Source: Bacteroidaceae bacterium
GTDB lineage: Bacteria; Bacteroidota; Bacteroidia; Bacteroidales; Bacteroidaceae
Direction: 5' to 3'
Assembly: GCA_045535555.1 (NCBI GenBank)
Contig: JAZSLV010000003.1
Span: 2,117 to 66,116, forward strand
Length of the DNA: 64,000 nucleotides
The notes below the pieces were generated by a model. That model had not been told where the DNA came from. It saw nothing but the letters and a program-made list of their open reading frames with translations, and did no database searches. Position 1 is the stretch's first letter, and each line of letters opens with the position of its first letter. Made by a program: the position numbers and the translations under genes. Shown here piece after piece: positions 19,128 through 29,234 of the stretch.

Positions 19128-19700
19128 ATGGATAAGAAATATATCAGCCTTACCTATGATCTGATGCTGAAAGACGCAGACGGTCAGTTGTACAAGTACG
19201 AGAGCGCTACCCGTGAGAGACCCTTCAAGTTCATTACCGGAATAGGTTACGCCCTGGATCTCTTTGAGAGCAACGTAGGTTCTCTCAACGTAGGTGACTC
19301 TTTTGAATTTGAGATACCGTCAGACAAGGCATACGGCGAGTACAGCAAGGAGAACGTACTTGAACTGGACAAAGGCATATTCCTGCGCGACGGCGTATTT
19401 GATGACGAGCATGTAAAGATTGGCGCCATCATTCCCCTGAGCGACGGCCAGCAGACATTCAACGCTACAGTAACGAATATCACAGACGATAAGGTCACCG
19501 TTGACCTGAACCACCCCCTGGCCGGTGAAAACCTCACCTTCAAGGGTGTCATACTTGAGTCACGTCCTGCCACACAGGAGGAGATTGACGCTATCCTGCA
19601 CCCCAAATGCAAGGGTTGCGGCGGCGGTTGCAATAACGGCGACTGCAAAGGCGGTGACTGCGGCGGTGACTGCAACTGCGACGGCGACTGCAAAAAATAA
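19128..19700 (+). CDS. slyD: FKBP-type peptidyl-prolyl isomerase SlyD with a Cys/Gly/Asp-rich C-terminal tail
   Basis: FKBP plus IF-domain pattern (FKFITGIGYALDLFESNV..., VDLNHPLAGENLTFKGVILE) followed by HPKCKGCGGGCNNGDCKGGDCGGDCNCDGDCKK. Confidence 0.85.
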   Translation: MDKKYISLTYDLMLKDADGQLYKYESATRERPFKFITGIGYALDLFESNVGSLNVGDSFEFEIPSDKAYGEYSKENVLELDKGIFLRDGVFDDEHVKIGAIIPLSDGQQTFNATVTNITDDKVTVDLNHPLAGENLTFKGVILESRPATQEEIDAILHPKCKGCGGGCNNGDCKGGDCGGDCNCDGDCKK

Positions 19701-19706
19701 ACATAT

Positions 19707-20777
19707 ATGAATACTCTGGGCCAAAACCTTACCCTGACCACTTTCGGCGAGAGCCACGGCCCCGCCATAGGTGGTGTTCTTGACGGATTTCCTTCCGGAA
19801 TAACCGTAGATATGGAATATGTACGTCAGTGCATGCAGCGCCGCCGTCCCGGACAGAGCACCGTGACCACCGGCCGTCAGGAGCAGGATGAGGTGGAGTT
19901 CCTGTCAGGACTTCTTGACGGAGTCAGCACAGGAGCGCCCATAGCATTTATAATAAGGAACACTGACCAGCACTCATCAGACTACGATGAACTCAAGGAC
20001 CTGTTCCGTCCGTCACATGCAGATTATGCATGGCTTCAGCGTTACGGTATCCGTGACTGGCGCGGCGGCGGACGTTCATCGGCCCGCGTTACAGCCCCCA
20101 TCTGCGTGGCAGGCGCCCTGGCCTCACTGGCTTTCCGCAAAATGCTGCCCGGCCTTAAGATAAAGGCTTTCACATCACAGATAGGTCCCTACTCCACTGA
20201 TCCCGCCAAGGATATGGAGTACGCAGGCACAAATGTAGAGACCAATGCAGTAAGATGTCCCGATGAACAACTGGCCTCCAGGATGGAGGACTATATCAAG
20301 GATCTGCGCAAAGAGCAGGATTCAACCGGCGGTTGCGTTACATGCATCGTAGAGGGTCTGCCCGCCGGAATAGGCAACCCCGTATTTGACAAACTTGAGG
20401 CATCACTGGCCAAAGCCATGCTGGGTATCAACGCCTGCAAGGGTTTTGAATACGGAGACGGTTTCCTGCCAGCCTCACAGCGCGGTTCAGAGCATAACGA
20501 CGCATTCCGCATGGAGGGCGGCAACATCACAACTGCAACCAACCACAGCGGCGGTATCCAGGGCGGCATAAGCAACGGTCAGCCCATAAGGTTCCGTGTG
20601 GCTTTCAAACCCACCCCCACCATCGGTCAGGAGCAGAACACCGTGACAGTTGACGGCCGCGAGACCACAATCGCAGCCAAGGGGCGTCACGATCCGTGCG
20701 TGGTTCCGCGTGCGGTTCCGGTTGTGGAATCACTTACGGCACTGGTCATTCTTGACCAATACCTCTCAAGCAAATAA
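19707..20777 (+). CDS. aroC: Chorismate synthase
   Basis: TTFGESHGPAIGGVLDG and GGGRSSARVTA signatures. Confidence 0.95.
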   Translation: MNTLGQNLTLTTFGESHGPAIGGVLDGFPSGITVDMEYVRQCMQRRRPGQSTVTTGRQEQDEVEFLSGLLDGVSTGAPIAFIIRNTDQHSSDYDELKDLFRPSHADYAWLQRYGIRDWRGGGRSSARVTAPICVAGALASLAFRKMLPGLKIKAFTSQIGPYSTDPAKDMEYAGTNVETNAVRCPDEQLASRMEDYIKDLRKEQDSTGGCVTCIVEGLPAGIGNPVFDKLEASLAKAMLGINACKGFEYGDGFLPASQRGSEHNDAFRMEGGNITTATNHSGGIQGGISNGQPIRFRVAFKPTPTIGQEQNTVTVDGRETTIAAKGRHDPCVVPRAVPVVESLTALVILDQYLSSK

Positions 20778-21449
20778 GTTTTCCAGATTGTCTGCCAACT
20801 CCTGCATGGAGTGAAGCAGCAGTACGGGTTTTTCGGCCAGCAGGATCTCATCCTCAAGTGGGCCGGTATTGACTGCTATGGTATCTATTCCCGCTGCTAC
20901 GGCAGCACGTATTCCAAGCGGAGCATTTTCTACGACCACCGCCTCGCCGGCAGGTACGCCTGCTATCTGCAGGCCTTTCAGATAGGGATCGGGATAGGGC
21001 TTGCCGCGCTTTACCTCAAAGGCGGTCACCATGCGGTCACGGGTGATGTAACCCTCAAAATCCCTCTGTACACGCTCTATCAGGTTCTTCTGTCCCGATC
21101 CTGTCACAATAAGAATCTTAAGTCCCAATGCCCCGGCCTTTCGGAACACCTCCTGAGATCCGGGCATGATGCAAGCCTCGGGCATGGAACGGAAAAGCTG
21201 AGCCTTGTATCCGTATATATCATCTATCTCCTGCTCGGATGCCTCATAACCCCTGTCGCGCAGACTGATACGTACCACCGTGTCATGTCCGGTGGCTCCC
21301 TCGTTCAGGTAGACGTCATGGGGAGTCATATGCATACCGTACTTTTCCATGGCCTGGCTCCACGCCTTGGAGTGGTTGGGCATGGAATCATACAAAACGC
21401 CATCCATGTCAAACAGGATGGCGCTTTTGTTATGGAAAGTAAATGCCAT
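20766..21449 (-). CDS. HAD-IA family hydrolase (beta-phosphoglucomutase-like)
   Basis: DMDGVLYDS motif I, VTGS motif II and VVENAPLGIRAA motif IV region. Confidence 0.85.
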   Translation of the reverse strand: MAFTFHNKSAILFDMDGVLYDSMPNHSKAWSQAMEKYGMHMTPHDVYLNEGATGHDTVVRISLRDRGYEASEQEIDDIYGYKAQLFRSMPEACIMPGSQEVFRKAGALGLKILIVTGSGQKNLIERVQRDFEGYITRDRMVTAFEVKRGKPYPDPYLKGLQIAGVPAGEAVVVENAPLGIRAAVAAGIDTIAVNTGPLEDEILLAEKPVLLLHSMQELADNLENLFA

Positions 21450-21458
21450 TTCTTAAGA

Positions 21459-22802
21459 TTACTTCTTTATCCTTGAGAGAATCTTCTTTGACTCCTCCTC
21501 ATATCCGGGTTTGCCCAGAAGAGCAAACATGTTCTTCTTGTAGGCCTCCACGCCCGGCTGGTTGAACGGGTTCACGCCAAGCACGTAACCGCTTATGCCG
21601 CAACCCTTCTCAAACATATAGATGAGTTGTCCAATCCAGTACTCATTGAGTTGGGGAACGGTGATGCGGATATTGGGAACACCTCCGTCCACATGTGCCA
21701 GTTGGGTACCCAGTTCGGCCATCTTGTTGACCTCATCCACGTGCTTTCCGGCCAGGAAATTCAGACCGTCCAGATTCTCGTCATCAGCAGGTACCAAAAC
21801 TGAGTGCTGCACCTTATCGACCGATATCACCGTCTCGAAAATAGTACGCTCACCCTCCTGAATCCACTGACCCATGGAGTGCAGGTCTGTTGAGAAATCA
21901 ACCGATGCGGGGAATATGCCCTTGCCGTCCTTACCCTCTGACTCTCCGTAGAGCTGCTTCCACCATTCGCTCAGGTAGTGCAGTTTGGGCTGGAAGTTGA
22001 CCAGGATCTCTATCTTCTTGCCACCGCGGTAAAGTGCATTGCGTGCTGCCGCATACATGGCTGCGGGGTTATCCTCCAACCTGACGGTTGAGGTTGTCTG
22101 TCCTTCCATATCGGCTGCACCCTTAACCAGTTGACGGATATCGTATCCGGCAACAGCGATGGGCAGAAGTCCAACCGGGGTAAGTACTGAGAATCGGCCG
22201 CCCACATTGTCTGGGATTATGAAACTGCGGTAGCCCTCCTTGTCGGCACATACGCGTGCGGCACCGCGCCTGGCATCGGTGATTGCAACGATAACCTTAC
22301 GGGCCGTCTCCTTGCCGCGCTGATCCTCACACTGTTTCTTGAGCAGACGGAAAGCCAGAGCGGTCTCGGTAGTTGTACCAGACTTGGATATGTTGATTAT
22401 TCCGAACTTCTTGTCCTTGATGTACTCGGTGAGTTCATAGAGATAATCCTCACTGATATTGTGTCCGGCAAACAGTATCTGCGGATTCTTTCCGTCCCGG
22501 ACAGATTGTACAAAACTGTTGCTGAGCGCCTCAATGACGGCACGTGACCCAAGATAACTGCCGCCTATACCGGCTACTATTACCACCTCACAGTTATCAC
22601 GCAGAATGCGGGCTGTCTCCTCAATAGCATCCAGAAGACCTTTTTCTGTCTTTGATGCAAGATCCATCCAGCCGATAAAATCATTACCTGCTCCGCTGCC
22701 GTTCTCAAGTTTGCGGATGGCATCCGTTACTTCAGGCTCAAGCGCCTTTATTGCACTTTCCGGAATGAATTTCTGAATCTGTGAAATGTCAATCTTAATC
22801 AT
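21459..22802 (-). CDS. pgi: Glucose-6-phosphate isomerase
   Basis: Full-length short-type PGI ([20 protein letters not shown]). Confidence 0.95.
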   Translation of the reverse strand: MIKIDISQIQKFIPESAIKALEPEVTDAIRKLENGSGAGNDFIGWMDLASKTEKGLLDAIEETARILRDNCEVVIVAGIGGSYLGSRAVIEALSNSFVQSVRDGKNPQILFAGHNISEDYLYELTEYIKDKKFGIINISKSGTTTETALAFRLLKKQCEDQRGKETARKVIVAITDARRGAARVCADKEGYRSFIIPDNVGGRFSVLTPVGLLPIAVAGYDIRQLVKGAADMEGQTTSTVRLEDNPAAMYAAARNALYRGGKKIEILVNFQPKLHYLSEWWKQLYGESEGKDGKGIFPASVDFSTDLHSMGQWIQEGERTIFETVISVDKVQHSVLVPADDENLDGLNFLAGKHVDEVNKMAELGTQLAHVDGGVPNIRITVPQLNEYWIGQLIYMFEKGCGISGYVLGVNPFNQPGVEAYKKNMFALLGKPGYEEESKKILSRIKK

Positions 22803-22808
22803 AGTCCC

Positions 22809-23810
22809 TTATTTGAATGAGTCGGTAAGGAGTTTAATCTCTATTACCGGCGAAATATGTTCGTAAAGAATGTTGTACATAGCATCAAGGATGGGCATAT
22901 TCACTCTGTAATGCTCGTTTATCTCCTTCATGCACTTGGTGCCGTAGTAACCCTCGGCAATCATCTCCATCTCCAACTGTGCAGCCTTTACCGAGTAGCC
23001 CTTACCCACCATGGTACCGAACACGCGGTTACGGCTGAAATTTGAATAACCGGTTACCAGCAGGTCTCCCAGGTAAACCGAGTCATTGACGGCGCGGTTA
23101 GGCATGGGGCGTGCGGTGGCCAGGAAATTGTTCATCTCCTGGATGGCGTTTGACATAAGCACGGCCTGGAAGTTGTCACCGTACTTGAGTCCGCTGCAGA
23201 TACCTGCGGCTATGGCGTACACGTTCTTGAGCACTGAACTGAACTCAATGCCGGCCACATCCTCCGATACCGATGTCTTAACGTATGAGTTGGTGAGTTT
23301 GCGTGCTATATCCTGAGCGTTCTCCAGTTCCTGGCAGCCTACAGTCAGATATGAAAGACGCTCCAGCGCAACCTCCTCGGCATGGCAGGGGCCTGCCACA
23401 ACTGCGATGTTCTCCATGGGAACGCCGTAGTAGCGGTGGAAATAGTCCGACATGAGCAGATTGTCATCGGGCACGATACCCTTGATGGCCGATACCACGA
23501 ACTTGTCACGGAGTTTCACCTTGAGTTTCTTCATGTGACTCTTGAAGTACGGTGACGGAGTTACGAACACCAGCACGTCAGACTCTTCGACAATCTTGTT
23601 GATATCGGACGAGAAGTTTATCCGGTTCACATCAAACTGCACACCGGTAAGGTATGCGGGGTTGTGACCCAGACGCTTGAAATCCTCTATGCGGTCATCA
23701 CGACGGATGTACCAGTTTATGGAATCCTCGGTGGAGAGCAGGATCTTGGCTATTGCTGTAGCCCAGCTGCCGCCACCCATAATTGCCAGTTTTCCCTGTG
23801 GAATTGCCAT
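22809..23810 (-). CDS. gpsA: NAD(P)H-dependent glycerol-3-phosphate dehydrogenase
   Basis: GGGSWATAIA Rossmann motif and typical GpsA length. Confidence 0.95.
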   Translation of the reverse strand: MAIPQGKLAIMGGGSWATAIAKILLSTEDSINWYIRRDDRIEDFKRLGHNPAYLTGVQFDVNRINFSSDINKIVEESDVLVFVTPSPYFKSHMKKLKVKLRDKFVVSAIKGIVPDDNLLMSDYFHRYYGVPMENIAVVAGPCHAEEVALERLSYLTVGCQELENAQDIARKLTNSYVKTSVSEDVAGIEFSSVLKNVYAIAAGICSGLKYGDNFQAVLMSNAIQEMNNFLATARPMPNRAVNDSVYLGDLLVTGYSNFSRNRVFGTMVGKGYSVKAAQLEMEMIAEGYYGTKCMKEINEHYRVNMPILDAMYNILYEHISPVIEIKLLTDSFK

Positions 23811-23822
23811 AACAGATATGAT

Positions 23823-25331
23823 TTAATCCTTACTTTCAGGTTTCATCTGCGGGAAGAACAGAACCTCCTGAATGGCCTGCTGACCGGTCATGAGCATAAC
23901 CAGACGGTCTATGCCGATGCCGATACCGCTTGTGGGAGGCATACCGTACTCCAGTGCGCGTACGAAATCCTGATCTATGAACATTGCCTCGTCATCACCC
24001 TTCTGGCTCAGGCGCAGCTGATCCTGGAAACGCTCGTACTGATCTATGGGATCGTTCAGTTCACTGTAAGCATTAGCCAGTTCCTTGCCGTTGACCATCA
24101 GCTCAAAACGCTCGGTAAGACCAGGCTTGCTGCGGTGCATCTTGGTAAGGGGTGACATCTCTACCGGATAGTCGGTAATGAATGTAGGCTGGATGAATGT
24201 ACCCTCGCAGGTCTCGCCGAATATCTCGTCAATGAGCTTGCCCTTGCCCATGGAGGGAGTAACCTCCACGCCGCACTTCCCCGCAACCTCACGCATCTCA
24301 TCCTCCGACATACCGTTCAGGTCATAGCCTGTCTTCTCCTTGATGGCATCCAGGATAGGCAGACGGCGGTAGGGAGCCTTGAAGTCAACCTCGTTCTCAC
24401 CAACCATTACCTTGGTGGTACCGTTTGTCTCAAGTGCTATTTTTTCAAGCAGTTTCTCGGTAAAGTCCATCATCCAGTTGTAGTCCTTATAGGCCACATA
24501 TAGTTCCATGCAGGTGAACTCGGGATTGTGGGTGCGGTCCATACCCTCGTTACGGAAGTTCTTGCCAATCTCATATACGCCCTCAAAGCCGCCTACTATA
24601 AGACGCTTCAGATACAACTCTGTTGCGATACGGCAGTAGAGGTCTATATCAAGGGTGTTATGATGTGTTATGAACGGACGTGCGCTTGCACCACCGGGGA
24701 TTGACTGCAGTATGGGAGTCTCAACCTCAGTATAACCGGCATTGTCCAGGACTGAACGCAGGGTGCGGATAACCTTGGTACGCTTTAGGAATGTCTCCTT
24801 TACGCCCTCATTGACCACCAGATCAACATAGCGCATGCGGTAACGCAGGTCGGGGTCATCGAACTTGTCATATGCAACGCCATCCTTGTACTTTACGATA
24901 GGCAACGGACGCAGTGACTTGCTCAATACAGTGAGTTTCTTGGCGTGGATTGTTATCTCTCCCATCTGTGTGCGGAACACAAAACCTTCTATTCCGATGA
25001 AATCGCCGATGTCAAGAAGTTTCTTGAACACCTTGTTGTACATCTCCTTGTCTTCCTCATCGGGGCAGATGTCATCACGGGTGATATAGACCTGGATACG
25101 GCCTGTCGAATCCATCAACTCTATGAATGATGCCTTTCCCATAATACGGCGGCTCATCATACGGCCTGCCACGCATACCTGGCGGGGCTCATCCTCATCC
25201 TTGAAGTTCTCTTTTATCTCGGCAGCGAAAGCGTTTGTGGGATACATTGCTGCGGGATAGGGATCGATACCCATGGCACGCAGTTCCTTAAGACTCTCTC
25301 TTCTGAATTGTTCCTGATCGCTTAATTCCAT
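23823..25331 (-). CDS. lysS: Lysine--tRNA ligase (class II)
   Basis: FRNEGMDRTHNPEFT motif 2 and GIGIGIDRLVMLMT motif 3. Start at the internal MELSDQEQF, which lies downstream of a promoter box. Confidence 0.95.
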   Translation of the reverse strand: MELSDQEQFRRESLKELRAMGIDPYPAAMYPTNAFAAEIKENFKDEDEPRQVCVAGRMMSRRIMGKASFIELMDSTGRIQVYITRDDICPDEEDKEMYNKVFKKLLDIGDFIGIEGFVFRTQMGEITIHAKKLTVLSKSLRPLPIVKYKDGVAYDKFDDPDLRYRMRYVDLVVNEGVKETFLKRTKVIRTLRSVLDNAGYTEVETPILQSIPGGASARPFITHHNTLDIDLYCRIATELYLKRLIVGGFEGVYEIGKNFRNEGMDRTHNPEFTCMELYVAYKDYNWMMDFTEKLLEKIALETNGTTKVMVGENEVDFKAPYRRLPILDAIKEKTGYDLNGMSEDEMREVAGKCGVEVTPSMGKGKLIDEIFGETCEGTFIQPTFITDYPVEMSPLTKMHRSKPGLTERFELMVNGKELANAYSELNDPIDQYERFQDQLRLSQKGDDEAMFIDQDFVRALEYGMPPTSGIGIGIDRLVMLMTGQQAIQEVLFFPQMKPESKD

Positions 25332-25362
25332 TGTTTCCTGAATACTACTTATATACGGACTG

Positions 25363-25370
25363 CAAAGGTA
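25363..25370 (-). promoter_or_regulatory. -7 promoter box (TACCTTTG on minus strand) for lysS
   Basis: TAnnTTTG match 32 nt upstream of the ATG at 25331. The ORF-track N-terminal extension would include this box. Confidence 0.5.
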
Positions 25371-25464
25371 GTAAAATAAAATAATAATGGCGCGTAACGC
25401 GCCACTATTACATAATCTTAACTCCTTCGGAGTCAATAGGAATCCCTTTCGGAGTCGGCAGCAA

Positions 25465-26058
25465 TCACTTGCCCAGAAGGCCGAAAATGCTTGTCAGGGA
25501 CGAGATTGTGCTCGACACCTCATCCGAGGCATCCTCAATCATCTCAACTGCCTCCGAAACTGTCTCCTGAGCGGCAGCCTTTACCTGTGTGGTTGTCTCC
25601 TGTACAGTCTGCTTGGCTGTCTGGGTAGCCTGCTGACCGGTCTCCTCAGCACCTGCCTTGGCAAGTACACCTGCAGCGGCTATCGTTGACAGGTCAGTAC
25701 CGCTGGCCAGAGTCTGGAGAGTGTTGGTTACTGTGCTTGCGGTGTTCTTGGTTACCAGATGATCAGAGCCCAGGATGAGACCCTTGGCAAAGTCATTGTA
25801 AAACTCACTCTTGTCATCTACGCCCTTAAGGTCCTGGATACCATTGGTCAACTGGGCAAGCATAATGATGTTGCTCAGATTGGTCACATCAATCTGACCG
25901 TCGGTCTGATACTGGGAATAAAGGCTCTTAAGAGCTGCGCCCGATGCCTGTCCGCTGACTGATGCGCTGCCGTTCTTTGTTCCTACACCCAATATGCCGC
26001 ATGACGATGTCATAAGGCATACTGCAAAACAAACTGCTAATCCAAAAAACTTTTTCAT
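25465..26058 (-). CDS. Lipoprotein of unknown function
   Basis: MKKFFGLAVCFAVCLMTSSC lipobox and a T/Q/A-rich low-complexity C-terminal half. It lies 17 nt downstream of the GH97 stop. Confidence 0.6.
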   Translation of the reverse strand: MKKFFGLAVCFAVCLMTSSCGILGVGTKNGSASVSGQASGAALKSLYSQYQTDGQIDVTNLSNIIMLAQLTNGIQDLKGVDDKSEFYNDFAKGLILGSDHLVTKNTASTVTNTLQTLASGTDLSTIAAAGVLAKAGAEETGQQATQTAKQTVQETTTQVKAAAQETVSEAVEMIEDASDEVSSTISSLTSIFGLLGK

Positions 26059-26075
26059 AAATATCATTTTTAAAG

Positions 26076-28091
26076 TCACTTCATTATCATGGTGGCGCCG
26101 CTGGGCTGCATCACAAACTCATAAGGCTTCTTTGTCTTGAGTTTGAGTGTGCTCAGTGAAGGCTCCAGAGTCTTCTTGTCATCAGTGTAGAACTGCACCT
26201 CTCCGTCGCCAAGGAATGAAAGGTCTATCTTGGATTTGATAACCTCCTTGGTGGCATTCAGTCCTGCTACGAACCAGCGGCCGTCTGTACTCTTGCGGGC
26301 CAGTATCACGTACTTGCCGGGATAGCCGTCAAGGAAACGTGTCTCGGTCCATGTGGTGGGAGCGTCACGCAGCCAGTCCATGCAGATCTTGGGGGCATCC
26401 TCCAGATTGTTGGGGCAGATGGCTATGTTCTGGATGGGGTTCTGGAAAATGACCTCGGTTGCAATCTGGAATACGGGAGTGGTCTTGAGCTGTGATCCGC
26501 GTCCGCTGTTCTGCTTGTTGAGGATGCGGTTCATGAAGCAGCCGCCGAATTCCATGCAGCCCACGGTGTTGCGTACAAACGGATGCAGGGTGGCCTTGAA
26601 AGCCTCCTCATCACATGCGCCCTGGCCAAAGTACATATTCTCCGATGCCAGTACAGCCTCGGATCCTACGTAGTTGGGATACATTCTCTCCCATCCGCGG
26701 GGCAGTGTGCAGCCGTGGAATATGCACATGATTCCGTGGTCGTTGGCATCGGACAGCACCTCCTCATAAAGACGGATGGTCTCCTGCTTGTCGCCGCCCC
26801 AGAAATCAACCTTGATTCCCTTGCAGCCCACTTTCTCCAACCAGGCCATCTCCTGCTTGCGGATGATTGAGTTGTCCATCTTGCAGATGGGGCTCTGTAC
26901 TATATCGTTCCAGTAGCCGCTCGAGCTGTACCACAGGAATACATCGACCTTCTTGGAGTTGGCATACTTGATGAGCTGCTCCATGCGGTCATAGCCTATA
27001 TTCTCATCCCAGCTGGCATCAATCAGGATATACTCCCAGCCCATCTCGCTGGCCAGGTCTATGAACTTTATCTGGTCATCCCAGTTGCAGGATGCATCCT
27101 GCCATACTATCCAGCTCCATGTGCTGCGGCCGTATACATACTCGCGTGAAGGAGCATAGAGAGGCTCAACATAATCCCACATAACGGTTGTCTCAACGAT
27201 AGGCTTCAGGTCTGCACCCACTGTGATTGTACGCCAGGGTGTTGAAGCGGGAAGACGGAATGCAGGGCATACGGTGCCGATGCCGTTGTTCTCATCGGGC
27301 ATGGGGAACTCAATCTTATAAGTATTATCCTTGCAGTCACCCAGACGTGATGCGCAGTAACTGCTGCTTACACCGGTCTCGCACAGCAGCACCCAACCGT
27401 TATCACCTACGTGGAACAGTCCGGGGAATGTGTAACCGTGACCGTACTGTGAGCGTACGTTCATCTGTCCGTCATTGGAGTAGCCCTCCTCATAACTGGG
27501 CTTGCTGCGCTGCCAGCCTATCATTGCATCACTCTGCGGAGTGAGGAATGTGGTGGTGCCGTCAGGGAAACGGAATCCGGTATTCTCAAAGAGAACGCGG
27601 GTGCTTGCGCGCTGGCGGGGTTTGGGGATGTTATAGCGGATGGCTATGTCATTGTCGCTTACGCGGAACTCAAACTCTATGTTCTGGCGAGCTGCATTCT
27701 GCAACTCTATCACTGCAGCATTATAGGCATGGTTTACATGGGCTGTCTTGATGCGGTCCATGGTGTAATCCACCTGTGCACTCTCAACAGTGTTCTTTAC
27801 CAGTGTCAGGTTCCCGGTAAAATCGCCATTCCCGGCCTCACGTCCCTGAGGAAGTCCCTCAAGTGTCGGTTTGGAACCCATATCCAGCATTATGCCGATG
27901 GGTGAATCCTCCAGCATCTGTTTACCGTCATATTTTACCGAGTAGGTAGGACTTTCCGTTCCGGTAAGATTGAATGAAACGACAAGACGGCCGTCCGGGC
28001 TTGTAAGGTCCGGTATTCCTGAACCATCCTGTGCAAACACTCCCATGCAAGCCAGCACTGATCCGACTGCAAAAGCAAAAATTTTCTTCAT
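26076..28091 (-). CDS. Glycoside hydrolase family 97 (alpha-glucosidase/alpha-galactosidase type)
   Basis: Signal peptide and about 670 aa. The N-terminal beta-sandwich plus TIM-barrel sequence pattern is characteristic of SusB-like GH97 enzymes. Confidence 0.85.
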   Translation of the reverse strand: MKKIFAFAVGSVLACMGVFAQDGSGIPDLTSPDGRLVVSFNLTGTESPTYSVKYDGKQMLEDSPIGIMLDMGSKPTLEGLPQGREAGNGDFTGNLTLVKNTVESAQVDYTMDRIKTAHVNHAYNAAVIELQNAARQNIEFEFRVSDNDIAIRYNIPKPRQRASTRVLFENTGFRFPDGTTTFLTPQSDAMIGWQRSKPSYEEGYSNDGQMNVRSQYGHGYTFPGLFHVGDNGWVLLCETGVSSSYCASRLGDCKDNTYKIEFPMPDENNGIGTVCPAFRLPASTPWRTITVGADLKPIVETTVMWDYVEPLYAPSREYVYGRSTWSWIVWQDASCNWDDQIKFIDLASEMGWEYILIDASWDENIGYDRMEQLIKYANSKKVDVFLWYSSSGYWNDIVQSPICKMDNSIIRKQEMAWLEKVGCKGIKVDFWGGDKQETIRLYEEVLSDANDHGIMCIFHGCTLPRGWERMYPNYVGSEAVLASENMYFGQGACDEEAFKATLHPFVRNTVGCMEFGGCFMNRILNKQNSGRGSQLKTTPVFQIATEVIFQNPIQNIAICPNNLEDAPKICMDWLRDAPTTWTETRFLDGYPGKYVILARKSTDGRWFVAGLNATKEVIKSKIDLSFLGDGEVQFYTDDKKTLEPSLSTLKLKTKKPYEFVMQPSGATMIMK

Positions 28092-28130
28092 AGCAAAATA
28101 TTGTAAGTTTTCAAGTTGAATAATGTCTTA

Positions 28131-28997
28131 TCAGAGTGCGCGGAAACTGAGACGCAATGTAATCTGCGGGTAGATGGGATACTTGTCAACGTACTCAAGT
28201 ATCTCCTTTGCGTCATTGTCAAGTCCCTCGGCGGCATCTGTTATCGAACCCACCTCCTTGTCCTGGCAGTAGAGTGCCGAATTATGATAAATCATGGCAC
28301 CTGCCTCCAACTGCAGGCCCACCGTACGGTTGGGTATGCATCGGCCAAGGCCCAGACCTACGTAATACTTCAGGGGATCCATCCTGAAATCGGCCTGCAT
28401 GTATCCACAGCCGTCTTTTTCCACAACAGGGTAAGTCTCCTCTCCTATTTCAAGGGCAAGTTCCCTCTTTCCGTCCGGAGCGGTCGGATCGGGATATTTC
28501 TGATTCAGTTCATTCAGGGCGGCCCAATCATTCTCCGTGGTCTTACCGCTCACGCTCAGGAACGGTTTGTCTCTCTTGGAGGAGGGGGTGTAATAGATAC
28601 CTCCGGCCACGTAGAAACGTCCCATGGCAAACGGATACCAGTTAATCATTGCCTTGATATTTGAAAGGTTGAGGCCCAGACCGGCATCGATTTTGGCCTC
28701 ATCTCCGAATTTATGTTCAAATTCCTGAGCAGTCAGCGTGGTGTATTGTTCCTGAGCCTTACGTAGGTCCTCGGTATCAAGCACCAAATCAGTTCTGAAG
28801 AGGTCGCCTGAAGGTGCCCAGTTATAACCGGCCTTGACAACCAGATGTTTCTGGACGGGCATAGCCAACTCCACACCGAGGCCGTGGAGACCCACCTCTG
28901 CTCCTACTGAAAAATGACGGAACGCTTCCATATTATCCTGTGCCGATGCACAAAGAAACATGGATGCGGCAAATAAGGGAAGAAATAATTTTCTCAT
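28131..28997 (-). CDS. Putative outer-membrane beta-barrel protein
   Basis: Signal peptide MRKLFLPLFAASMFLCASAQ, alternating amphipathic strands, and a C-terminal ...LRLSFRAL. Confidence 0.55.
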   Translation of the reverse strand: MRKLFLPLFAASMFLCASAQDNMEAFRHFSVGAEVGLHGLGVELAMPVQKHLVVKAGYNWAPSGDLFRTDLVLDTEDLRKAQEQYTTLTAQEFEHKFGDEAKIDAGLGLNLSNIKAMINWYPFAMGRFYVAGGIYYTPSSKRDKPFLSVSGKTTENDWAALNELNQKYPDPTAPDGKRELALEIGEETYPVVEKDGCGYMQADFRMDPLKYYVGLGLGRCIPNRTVGLQLEAGAMIYHNSALYCQDKEVGSITDAAEGLDNDAKEILEYVDKYPIYPQITLRLSFRAL

Positions 28998-29113
28998 ATA
29001 TCAAAAAGGATTTATCTGTCAGATTAGAAATCGTTTGACCATGCAAAAATAAACCTTTCTTACACAGTAAGAAAATAAATCACGAAATAATTACTTAACT
29101 TCGCGTCCGAAAT

Positions 29114-29187
29114 GGCTCCGTAGCTCAGTTGAATAGAGCGTCAGATTCCGGTTCTGCAGGTCGTGGGTTTGAATCCCACCGGGGTCA
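29114..29187 (+). tRNA. tRNA-Arg (anticodon CCG)
   Basis: Hand-folded cloverleaf. Acceptor stem GGCTCCG/CGGGGTC (two G-U pairs), D stem GCTC/GAGC, anticodon stem-loop TCAGA-TTCCGGT-TCTGC (27:43 mismatch), T arm GTGGG-TTTGAAT-CCCAC, discriminator A. CCA is not encoded. Confidence 0.85.
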
Positions 29188-29188
29188 C

Positions 29189-29222
29189 AAAAATGGCGAT
29201 CGCGATAGCGACCGCCATTTTT
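29189..29222. terminator. Bidirectional intrinsic terminator (tRNA-Arg / ung)
   Basis: AAAAATGGCGATCGC - GATA - GCGACCGCCATTTTT with one mismatch. Confidence 0.75.
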
Positions 29223-29234
29223 ATGACCGGACAT

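Noticed and set aside
19247-19768. 173-aa minus-strand ORF with PPQSPPLQSP repeats, and 19525-19757 Ala/Val/Thr-rich ORFs
   Set aside because: They are antisense or out-of-frame readings of the GGYGACTGC repeats that encode the SlyD Cys-rich tail.
29114-29222. tRNA-Arg as a possible integration hotspot for a mobile element
   Set aside because: No integrase, direct repeat of the tRNA 3' end, or foreign-looking genes are adjacent. The downstream genes (ung, asnA, lptD-like) are core.
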